NCBI RefSeq assembly: GCF_009914755.1
Contig: NC_060946.1
Length of the DNA stretch: 64,000 nt
Strand: one strand, 5' to 3'
Source of the DNA: the human T2T-CHM13v2.0 reference genome, Homo sapiens
Part shown: positions 44,997 through 63,525 of the stretch, piece by piece
Numbering within the stretch: the stretch's first letter is position 1
Layout of the letters: each line of letters begins with the position of its first letter
Notes under the pieces: generated by a model
Seen by the model: the letters and a program-made list of their open reading frames with translations, nothing else
The model's database searches: none
What the model was told of the DNA's origin: nothing
Position numbers and translations under genes: made by a program

Positions 44997-46554
44997 GAGC
45001 CCTAAGTTTGTACTATATACTGTTCTTTTGTGTGAAGGAGAAAGGTGTGTATGCCTTGCATCCAAAACTTGCTAGCCATCACTTAGCTTAATTTTCTCTT
45101 TCATTGGGAACACTCATCACCACAATGGAAACAAAACAAGTATCAGAGGGGCGGGTGAGAGTGTGACGGGTCAGGGCAGGCGAAGGCATTTTGGGAGTAA
45201 GAAGCCCTAGCAGGATTATATTATCCTTATCCTCTGTCCTCTAGCCTGTTTTCCTTTAAATGTGTCATGTTAAGGTATAAAAATCAGATTTCTGAAGCAG
45301 TAAGAAGGTAACACTTAGTTCTGGGGCCATTTGCTTCGTGAGTAAACAGCAACTCCTTCTCATTGCATTCCTCTTAATGCAACATTAAGTCATGCAAAAA
45401 TATACCCATTTTCTGTTGCCCTGAGAATTTGGGTTCCAGAATAAGTGAAATGAAGAGTTACTCCTCTTGTGTTTCAGGGGAGCTGTAGGAAATTCAAGAT
45501 GAGAAAATGTCCTAGTATTTAAAGAAGGGGAAGAGGACAGGAGTGTCTTTTACCTTTTCTTCTTCTACATCCCTGCTCTGTCCTCCCTGTCCCTTTCCTG
45601 CTCATTCTACTGCCACTGCTTTTGAAGAATTAGCCTGAGGGAAGGAAGGAGAGCATCTGGAATTGTTGGTCTCCTCTGAGGATGTGAGTAAGGGTTTGCA
45701 GGTCCTGTGTCCTTCAGGACTAGAATGAGCAGCACCTCATGAGGAAGAGTGTAGGAGGGGCCAAATTACTCCTTTCAGCTTTGGATTCTTGGCTCTAAGC
45801 TTTATAGGTTTTTTTTTTAACCTGTTATTGCTTTTGTTTCTGTTTGAAAGGAGATACTGTATTTTTTTGTATTTCCTTACGTGTCTGGCCAAGAGGGGAA
45901 GATAATTCTCCCATTAGATGCTTAGAAATTGTTGAGAAATTGGACCATTCCCCTTAAATGGAGCAAGTTTGGAAACTGGATTCTATAGGGGGTTAATCTA
46001 CCAAGGTAGATTGAAATTACACTAGTCACAGCCAGTCACCTGCAATAGGAGGGCAAGGAGTAGCCCCACTGAGCCCTTGGTATCCGACCCTGGATGCTGG
46101 AGCTAGTGAAGAGCAGCCCTGGGGTGACCTCCAGGCTGGCTTTGCTGTGCACACTATGCCCAAGCCTACGCTCCTTTGCCTCCTACTTCCAAAATGGAGA
46201 GAATGAGAGTTCAGAGGTCAAACACCTACCAGAGCCAGGCAGGTATGTGAATGTTAGACAAATCACCCGAGGTCTGTGATAAACAGCAACAGAGTGATAT
46301 TTCTCTGTAAATCAATGATGCCTTCTCTGCCTGCTGAGTCCCCCACCCAGGAGAGAAGAAATACCATGTTCCAGTGGAATTGGTTAGGCCTTTGGAAGCT
46401 CACGAGGCTGATTTAGCAAATTTACATCTTAGTGCCATCATATATACAAGTGACCTTGGGCAGTTTATGAGGCATTTTGAGCCTTAGCTTCCACATTCTT
46501 ATAATAACGTCACATGGTGAAAATGAGAAAATATGTAAAAGAACATGGCACTCA

Positions 46555-47760
<1,206 letters not shown>

Positions 47761-48164
47761 CTCTGGCGCTTGACTTCTACCGCGGCCATCGCGCTTCTAT
47801 CCGCCAGGTGGCGACACAGCCGGCGCGGAGCGCCGATCTGGGCCTGCGCATGCGCGCCACGGACGAGGCAGGCCGGGTGCCTGGGCCTGGGAGCCATAAG
47901 CCGGAGAGTCTGGCGGGCTAAGCTCAGCGGCATCCGGGTTCCTTGTGGCCGCCGCAGCAGCTCGAGAACACGAATCCGTTTGGCCAAAACTGAAACAAAC
48001 ACACGGATGCACATATGTCTGTTTACTTCTAGGCCAGGTGCAGAGGGAACGTCTGGAATGACACTCAACGAAAACTGCGGTTACTTGGGAAGATGAGCCT
48101 TTTACCTCTCAGCCTTTCCCCTTCTGTAATGTCTTGTTTTAATGTCTTGTTGAAAACCAGAAGA

Positions 48165-53808
<5,644 letters not shown>

Positions 53809-54193
53809 GTGAAAAAGTAAGCACTGTGTAAAATTCCACCATCCAAAAATATAAAACTGCTTCAGGGGTGGTGATGAGAACACTGGAGTAAGCTGGGAGA
53901 AATGACCAGCCCAGGATGCACAGAACAGGTCCGACTGGCTAAGGTGGCTGCCAGGTTCCCCCAGGTGTGCTTCTTGCTAGAGCAGGGGTATATTGGCCCA
54001 AGCTGGCAAAGAGGGGATCACTATGGTACCCAGTTACTTGCACCTTGGAAGATTTCTCAAGCTGAGTTATTAGGCTCTCAAGGAACTTATCCTTAAGATA
54101 ATAAGTAGAAGAGGCAAGTGAGGGGGCAGTGGCTTTAGTCACCAATACCAATCCTGCATGTGCCAAGGGTTACTAGAAACCCTGATTCTCCAA

Positions 54194-54393
54194 CAGTGAT
54201 TCTCAATTGGGGGTGATTTTACTGCCGGGGGCATTTAACAATGTCCGGAAACATTTTTTGGTTGTGGGGGGGTGCTGCTATTGCCACCTAGCGGGTAGAA
54301 GCCAGTGATGCTACTAAACATACAACACACAGGGCAGTCCTCACAACAAATTAACCAGCCCCAAATGTCAACAGCACGGAGGTTGAGAAAGCC
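54194..54393 (+). mobile_element. MER20 (hAT-Charlie) element carrying a CTCF-like motif
   Basis: CAGTGATTCTCAATTGGGGGTGATTTT...GGTTGAGAAAGCCAG; TGCCACCTAGCGG at 54282-54294. Confidence 0.8.
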
Positions 54394-54515
54394 AGTTCCA
54401 GTGATAGCAATGCTCCAGTTGAGTGTGTATAAGACGACATTTTGAACTGCCAAGGTAGAAACTACCTGGTAGGAGGAGACAGCTCTTCCATAGCCTTCTG
54501 GTAAAAAAAAGTCTA

Positions 54516-54823
<308 letters not shown>

Positions 54824-54932
54824 TTAAGCAGCTATCACCACTCTAGTAAAGCTAAGTATGTCTTCATTCCAATTTTAGCCGGATACTTACTAAGAATCAG
54901 GCACTGCCATTCTGTCATCAAAATGGAACAGA

Positions 54933-54938
54933 TTTATT
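54933..54938 (-). terminator. SNU13: SNU13 distal polyadenylation signal
   Basis: TTTATT on plus strand (AATAAA on minus) about 1 kb after the stop, at the end of non-repetitive 3' UTR-like sequence. Confidence 0.75.
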
Positions 54939-55912
54939 AGGATGCTCACAAGAATGGAGAACACATGAACTAGCACTCTCCTCATGTGACAGAGAGTACA
55001 TCTGACCCACATGGTGGCAGGACACAGGGGAAGGGCTCTCAGAGCTGGTGCCAAGTGTCCACCAAAGAAAGTCCCATTCACCAGAGACAGGCTGTTTCCT
55101 TGGACTCCACCATCTCTGTTACAGCTACCAGCCAGGTCTCCATGATCTTCCTGGAATCCTTCATGCCAGCATCAGTTCATGCTCTCTGAGCTTGTCACTC
55201 CCGACTCTTTCAAGACCCAGGTCAACTGCCCCATGGCTCACCCACCCAGGCCGCCTCCGGAGTCCTGCAGCACATCTCTTTGGTATGCTGCTGCCCTGCT
55301 ACCCTCAAGGGCATGGTTGTGGGTAGGGGGAGAACATCAACATCACATTACCAAAAGCAAACAGCAGGGGTACATTAGTAAACGACACTTGGACATAGCC
55401 GAACAACCTCACAGAACACATGCTTCCTCCCCAAATGATACCTAATCCCCCAAGAGCAAATGAAACCCCTTGATCACTTGAACACGTATGAATGATTCTG
55501 TGTGCCAGGCACAGGGACACACAATGAATGCTGTTTAATTCCACCACACCCCGCACACAACAGGAAGCTAGTGGCTGAAAGCTGGAACCAGATCTCTGTC
55601 CTGGCTCCATCAGCTTTCTCCTGGCTCTTTCTGCCTTTCAACGGTGCCACCACCCTGCTTCTGTCTGCTCTGAACACTTGTTCCAAAAAGGGAGGATAAA
55701 AGGATGAAGGATGGCAGAGGGAGGGAGGAAAGGAAGGGGGATAGCAACCCTGTAAAACAGAACAAAAACAACACAAAAATCCAGAAACCAGATTTAGTAC
55801 TACATTTTATAACAATAGAGAGTAGCTGAAAATACTACATGCTAACACAGATAATATGATACACAACCTCAGGGGGGAAGCTGGCAGGGAGCACGTGGCA
55901 GAGGCCACAGGT

Positions 55913-56175
55913 TTAGACTAAGAGCCTTTCAATGGACTGCTGAATGGATTGGATCTGCTGTTTCAGCTGCGAGCCTTCTTTGATGGTGACAGAACAGGCG
56001 ATGACAGGCCTGGAGACCCCACAGGCTCTCCCCAGGGCCTGCTTGGAGCGCACAAACACGTAGGGCACATTCTTGTCTTCACACAGCAGCGGCAGGTGCA
56101 GAATGATCTCCAGTGGCTCGGCGTCTGCAGCCATCACGATGAACTCAGAGATGCCCCTGTTGAGGGTTTTGGTGG
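55913..56175 (-). CDS. SNU13: SNU13 (NHP2L1, 15.5K K-turn-binding protein) last exon, coding part
   Basis: TCCGCAG| acceptor; [86 protein letters not shown]; 263 nt. Confidence 0.97.
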
Positions 56176-56255
56176 CTGCGGAGAGAAGGACGTGAAGCTA
56201 ATAGGTGATGTGGGCTTGGGCAGGGCAGCCACAACAAACTGGGAAGAATGCCTAG

Positions 56256-56561
<306 letters not shown>

Positions 56562-56564
56562 TAG

Positions 56565-56938
<374 letters not shown>

Positions 56939-57512
56939 TAACCTTGTGATCCACCCACCTTGGCCTCCCAAAGTGCTGTGATTACAGGCATGAGCCACCA
57001 CGCCTGGCCCTGACCACTTCTTTCTACTCCTCTGCTATACTCGTCCAAGTCACCATCATCTCTTACCTTGTCAACTGCAACAGCTTCCACAAACCCCCAC
57101 CAGCAAGTAGTAGTATATTAATAATATAGTATTTCTCAAGGTATCTGTGACTGAGAGTCAGAGTTTTACCATCTCAATCTGCCATAATCAATACTTCTAG
57201 AAAGCTGATCCCACATGCGACTCACCATGCAAGTTCAACACCCCACAGCACCGTTTCAGATGCGTACTCTCCTGACTGCTTGCCTCTGTGGCTCAGTGCG
57301 AATACTCTGCATTCATGCTGGAGTACTTGAGAAGGGCACACACTCTAGAGCTACACTGTCTGAGTGCAAATGCTGGCACTCATTCTTGTTACACAAATGA
57401 CCTTGAGCAAGGTGTTTAACTTCCCTTACTTTTATCATCTATAAAATAATTCTACCTAACAGGATTCTACCTAATAAAAAAAGAATTACCTAATTCTTTT
57501 TAACCTAATTCT

Positions 57513-58138
57513 TTTTTTTTTTGTATCAAAGAAAATATTTTATTCAAGTTCCCAAAACAAACTTCAGGAGTTATGCTGGGTTTGAATTGAAGAAAAAAGG
57601 CCAAGTTAAAATAGGAAAACAAATGGTTTTCATTTGGTGGCAGCTGAAATCAAAGTATACATGTATATACATTCTAATCCATCATCTATCCCATGTGGCA
57701 TTTTCCAAGGTTTTAAGAGTCTACCACGCCAAACCCTTTGCCACTTTCACTGCTTTTGCTTTGCTTTTCCCCTTTCTTTTCTCTCGCTTTGCCGTCAGCC
57801 TTTTTCTTTGCCTTTGGTTCATCCATATTGGGTACTGTCCATGCTGGTCTAGAAGAGTCTTTTTGTTTCTCTTAGTATCAGTCTCCATTTTCATGTCATC
57901 TTTTTCATCTTTTACCTCACATTGCATTTTCTCTTGGCAATGTTTGGGTACCACCACAGTTGCTATCTCTTGAACATCTTTCATTAAAACATCACCGTCT
58001 AGTTTGAGAATACTTTTAAGCCTGCTGGCCTCCTTTGGGGCATTCTTTTTTCTCTTTTCAGCACGCATCTTTCTTTTCCACTTACTCCGTAAGCTTTTAG
58101 CCATGTTTTACCTGAGAAACGAACACCCACACCTCAGC
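57513..58138 (-). pseudogene. LLPH processed retrocopy with intact 127-aa ORF (57721-58104)
   Basis: Intronless [25 protein letters not shown]...KVAKGLAW (LLPH family), 3' UTR with AATAAA (57539-57544), poly(A) remnant, TSD TCTTTTTAACCTAATTCT at 57495-57512 and 58139-58156. Confidence 0.93.
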
Positions 58139-58898
58139 TCTTTTTAACCTAATTCTAATTACCTAATAATTCTACTTAATAGGATTATTGAAAGGATTAA
58201 ACCAGTTAATAAGAATGATGAGGCTGGGCATGGTGGCTCACACCTGTAATCCCAGCCCACTGGGAGGCTGAGGCAGGTAGATTGTTTGAACTCAGAGTTT
58301 GAGACCAGCCTGGGCAACATGGCAAAACCCCATCTCTACTAAAAATATAAAAAATTAGCCAGGTGTGGTGGCGTACACCTGTAGTTCCAGCTACCTGGGA
58401 CGCTGAGGTGGGAGGATCACCTAAGCCCAGGAGGTCGTGGCTGCAGTGAGCCATGATCAATGCCAATGCACTCCAGCCTGGGCTGCAGAGTAAGACCCTA
58501 TCTCAAAAAAAAGTAAAATAAATAATAATAATAATACCTGACACATGGCAAATGCAAAGCATGTTCATTTCTATTGATATTACTATAGCTTACTCACCCT
58601 ACAAAAGTCATAGGAGTGACTCTTTTATAAGTGTTAAGTAAGATCATAGCAATCTTGCTGTTCAAAATCCTTCTACTCATTTACCATTGTACTCACTGCT
58701 AACAGTGGCCTACATGGTCTCATGTGATCTCCTAGTACCTCTCATCCCCACACTTAGTTCCAGCCACACACCAGCCTCCTTAGAATCCCTCAAGCATGCC
58801 TTTACACCATGCCCAAAAACGTTTCTTTCCAACACCCTCATCTATTCAGTTCTCTGCTCAAACTCCTCAGACAGACCTTCTCTGAATACTCCATCTAA

Positions 58899-59078
<180 letters not shown>

Positions 59079-60374
59079 TGAGCAGCTGGGACTATAGGCG
59101 CCCGCCACCACGCCCGGCTAATTTTTTGTATTTTTGGTAGAGATGAGGTTTCACCGTGTTAGCCAGGATGGTCTCGATCTCCTGACCTTGTGATCTGCCC
59201 ACCTTGGCCTCCCAAAGTGCTGGGATTACAGGTGTGAGCCACCGCGCCCGGCCTCTTACAGCATTCTTTACCACCAGGCATAAAACCTATGTCTTTCTCC
59301 ACTGGAATGTATACTCCAAGAAGGCAGAGACTTCATTTTGTTCACCAGTGCATCATCAGCATATATACATGCGCCTGGCACATAGCAGGCAATCAATAAA
59401 TATGGCAAGAAAGAATACCTGACACTGAGGCAGAAGTACGGAAAATTGTTGCATCTCCCTCCCTGAACTCCCAGTAAGCATATTCTGAATTAAGTCGCTG
59501 AGACTGAGCATCTCCATTCAAGGACCTGTGTGCTTATCACCGTGCAAAGTATGGCAAGAGGAAATAAGGTTGCTCTGTGTCCATGAGTCCTCATCTACCT
59601 GAAGTGTAAGAAGTCACATCCCTGCCCAGCCAAGCTGACCTGAGTGCATCAAGTGAGAAGAGAGACCTCCCAGGAGAGCTGGTGGGTCACCCTACAATGC
59701 CCCACTGGCCACTGCTATACCAGGCACTGCAGTTACTGCAGTGTGACGAGCAGGGAGGAAAGAGCACTACGACGAGACCCACAGAGTCTACTTTATCTTC
59801 CTTCAGCAACACAGGTAAAAGCGATTGTAATAGTTCTCCTAAATCTCAAACACAGTTGACAAAATCTCTGATGTTTCCATTAAAAATCTTCAACGACAAA
59901 AGAGCTCTACCACATCAAACTACCCAGCATCTATTAAAATGAGAGTATTCTGGCTGGGCATGGTAGCTCACGCCTGCTGTTATCCTAACACTTTGGGAGG
60001 CCAAGGCAGGCAGATTGCCTGAGCTCAGGAGTTTAAGACCAGCCTGGGCGACAGAGCGAGATTCTGTCTCCAAAAAAATAAAATAAAATAAAAATAAGGC
60101 TGGGCAGCCGGGCACAGTGGCTCACGCCTGTAATCCCAGAATTTTGGGAGGCCAAGGCAGGCGGATCACTTCAGGTCAGGAGTTCGAGACCAGCCTGGCC
60201 AACATGGTGAAACCTCGTCTCTACTTGAAAAAAAATAAAAATAAAAATAAGGCTGGGCACAGTGTCTCACGCCTATAATCCCAGCAGCACTTTGGGAGGC
60301 CAAGGCAGGTAGATCACCTGAGATCAGGAGTTCGAGACCAGACTGACCAACATAGTGAAACCCCATCTTTACTA

Positions 60375-60599
<225 letters not shown>

Positions 60600-60687
60600 C
60601 TATATCACCTCTGGGCAGAAGCATCATGCATACATAATTATTCTACTGAAAAACAGCTTTTTTTTTCCTTTTTTACAAAGGGAGGTA

Positions 60688-60794
60688 GTGCTCGCTTCAG
60701 CAGTACATATACTAAAATTGGAACAATACAGAGAAGATTAGCATGACCCCTGCACAAGGATGACATGCAAATTCGTGAAACGTTCCATGTTTTT
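60688..60794 (+). pseudogene. U6 snRNA retropseudogene (possibly RNU6-476P, from recall), antisense to SNU13
   Basis: Full 107-nt GTGCTCGCTTC...ACAGAGAAGATTAGC...CCATGTTTTT with 8 substitutions vs recalled U6; downstream A-tract; no visible TATA/PSE upstream. Confidence 0.92.
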
Positions 60795-61220
60795 GAATAA
60801 TTGCATCCAAAAAAAAAAGGGAGAGGGGTAGGGAATGTTTCTGGGAACCAAATGAAATTCATGAATGTTAAGTATCCACCGTATAAGGGATGCTAAAAAG
60901 CATTAATATCCCTTTCCTTCTGATGGCTCTGGTGAGGTCATACAGCCACTATACAGTCTCCACAACTGCTTTCAAATGGCTCAGCAAAAATAAAATTCAC
61001 TTATAGAGTGAAAAAGAAGGTAAATGTGGCAAAATGTTAACAATTGGTGGGTCTAAAAAAAATTCTTAGCCCATCAGCTTTAGCATCTAATGCCAAAGTC
61101 CTCCCACTGGTTGTAGTCGAGAGCAGCTAGCCCTCCTCCCAAACTGGAAATCAGATCAGAGGCCCCAGATGGAAACAGGTGCCTTTAACATTCCCCCAGA
61201 GCATCCTGTGGCTGCCTTAC

Positions 61221-61341
61221 CCTCATTGGCTCCTTTCCGAAGCTGCTTATAGTTACATGACTGCTGAACGAGGTCCAGTAGCTTCTTGGTGAGGTGGGCA
61301 TCGGCAAGGGGATAGGCCTTTGGATTCACATCAGCCTCAGT
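61221..61341 (-). CDS. SNU13: SNU13 exon 2
   Basis: CCCCATAG| acceptor; [40 protein letters not shown]; G|GTAAG donor; 121 nt; 3+121+263 = 387 nt = 128 aa + stop. Confidence 0.97.
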
Positions 61342-61670
61342 CTATGGGGGGGAAATAAAAATATCAGACAAATTGAGCCAGAAGTTTTCCTACCTGAGTC
61401 ACAAAATACTAATCAACAATTGAGACACAGGGGGCAGCTGCCCTGCTCCCTAACCCTCAAACACACAAAACACCAGGTAGTTAACAATGGACTTTCCACT
61501 CCTACCTTCGAAAAAAAGGAAATACACTATTAGGAATTACACAGTTCAGTAAAGTATACTAAAGCTCATGTACTTTTGTCTTTCTTCAGCCGAATGTTTG
61601 ATAATATTACAGCGAATGGATTACAAACGGGTTCCCATGGCTCCGCATCCATTTGAGTCCATGGCTAATC

Positions 61671-61962
61671 CATTTCTGTTTTTATTTTTTAGATGGAGTC
61701 TTGCTCTGTTGCCCACGCTGGAGTGCAGTGGTGCGATTTCAGCTTACTGCAATCTCTGCCTCCCGAGTTCAAATGATTCTTGTGCCTCAGCCTCCCAAGT
61801 AGCTGGGACTATAAGCGTGCACCACCATGCCAGGCTAATTTTGTATTTTTTGTGGAGACAGGGTTTCACCGTGTTGGCCAGGCTGGTCTCAAACTCCTGG
61901 CTCACGCCTGTAATCACAGCACTTTGGGTGGCCGAGGCGGGTGGATCACCTGAGGTCAGGAG
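61671..61962 (-). mobile_element. Alu with inverted 5' segment
   Basis: Antisense Alu body 61683-61899 joined to sense-oriented Alu 5' piece 61898-61962, bounded by 16-bp direct repeats. Confidence 0.85.
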
Positions 61963-63019
61963 TCCATGGGTAATCTTTAAATTTGAACTTCCGTATTCCA
62001 CCTGAATTTACTGAATCAATAAGATATAATTTACAGTAAATGTAGCACAAAGTTTTCTTTCCATTCCCCACTCCATATGCGTATCTTCTGTTCAAACCCA
62101 TGGTTTCCAACACATTAAAGTATTTCCTCACCTCCTCTACAATACACACAAAATGGTTCCAAAATTGCTACACCAATATACCACCTCTACCAACAAACTC
62201 ACCAAAGTCAAAATTTATTTTTGTTCTTAGGATATATCCTATCAAAGCCATCCAGTGGCAGGACTTTGTTCAAAAGTTATTCAAATTAAAATTTTCCTTG
62301 TGGTTAGCAATTTGGTATACAAGTAGATTTATTTTGTAGTCAGCTTGCTTTAAATTTTATTTTTCAAATATGTAAAATATCTTCATGGTTTAAAAGTCAA
62401 AACTATGCAAGTGATAGCAACTCAATATTTTGAAAACTGGGAAAGGGAAACAATCATCTTCTGTGCCTTTCCTAAATGCTGTATTAGGCGGTAACCAGGT
62501 AGAAGATGAGAAGTACCTCTTGTATCACTCTTCCGCCTAATAAATAAAGAGGGAATGGTACAGTTAAATATCACCAACTTGCAACCCTTATTAACTAATT
62601 AATGGCATTTGCAGTTATGTTAAAAATTCTTACTTTATAGATATATACTGTAATACTTATGGATAAAATGATGTCATTCAGATCTGTGTCAAAATAACCC
62701 ATGTAGGGGCCGAGCGCGGTGTCTCACGCCTGTAGTCCTAGCTACTCGAGAGGCTGACGCAGAATAGCTTGAACCCAGGAGGCGGAGGATGCAATGAGCG
62801 GAGATGGCGCCACTGCACTCCAGCGTGGGCAACAGAGCGAGACTCCGTCTCAATAAATAAATAAATACACACCCATGTAGGGAGCATATTGGGTGAGTGG
62901 CCTGCCTATTCCGCTCCTTCCATCTCATTCCCACTGCTCCAGTAAATCATTTTCATTAATTTTTCTCTTTTTTTTTTGTTTTTACAAACACATATTTATA
63001 TACAAGGATATATTCATAT

Positions 63020-63525
63020 TATAACCCAGGTGCGGCCCCACATGTCGCCATCGTGTGTAACGTGCGAATCGCGAGTGATTCACTGCGGCTACCACCTAAC
63101 CTCGGCCTTGGAGGCTGGACATAGGGTGGACGGCAGTCGCTGGAGACGGAGATGGCCTGGTGGGACCACTCATCTATAGCGCCTGCCTCGGTGGTCTCCT
63201 GCCCGACACCGCGCACCTGCCTTTTCCTCCTTCCGTTTTTTTACAGCTTTTCTGACACAGCGGGACCACGCTCGCGGCACCACAGCTCTCGGGAGGTGAC
63301 CCGGAGATAATGGCCCAGTAGGAACACTCACCATAGCGTCTGTCTTGGTAGTCTCTTGCCGGACACCGCGAGGATACCACGCGTGTCGGTTTGGACGGTC
63401 TGCTGCCCAGCACCGCAAGGACACGGATGCCCCGCCCCCAAGAGCAGGAAGTGACGCCACTGCCGCCAGCGGAAGTGACGTCCAGGGCCAGCCCGTACAC
63501 CAGGACGCCCTGTCTTCTACGTAAC
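63020..63525 (-). promoter_or_regulatory. SNU13: CpG-island promoter of the SNU13 proximal first exon
   Basis: CpG-rich; GC box CCCCGCCCC about 63430; two GGAAGTGACG (ETS + half-CRE) at 63447-63456 and 63471-63480. Confidence 0.8.
63332..63334 (-). CDS. SNU13: SNU13 proximal first exon, ATG codon only; 5' UTR extends to about 63430-63480
   Basis: Minus strand ...CCAAGACAGACGCTATG|GTGAGT; ATG joins in frame to exon 2 (M-TEADV); UTR matches recalled NHP2L1 mRNA. Confidence 0.85.

Noticed and set aside
57521-57973. 150-aa hydrophobic plus-strand ORF
   Set aside because: Antisense shadow of the Lys-rich LLPH retrocopy, starting at a non-ATG codon in the poly(T)
60600-60794. U6 as a functional Pol III gene
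   Set aside because: No recognisable TATA/PSE upstream, 8 substitutions, and a retroposition-type A-tract
61070-61160. Second CUGA/UGAUG pair near the SNU13 exon 2 donor as a K-turn
   Set aside because: Flanking stems pair for only 2-3 bp; shows such words arise by chance
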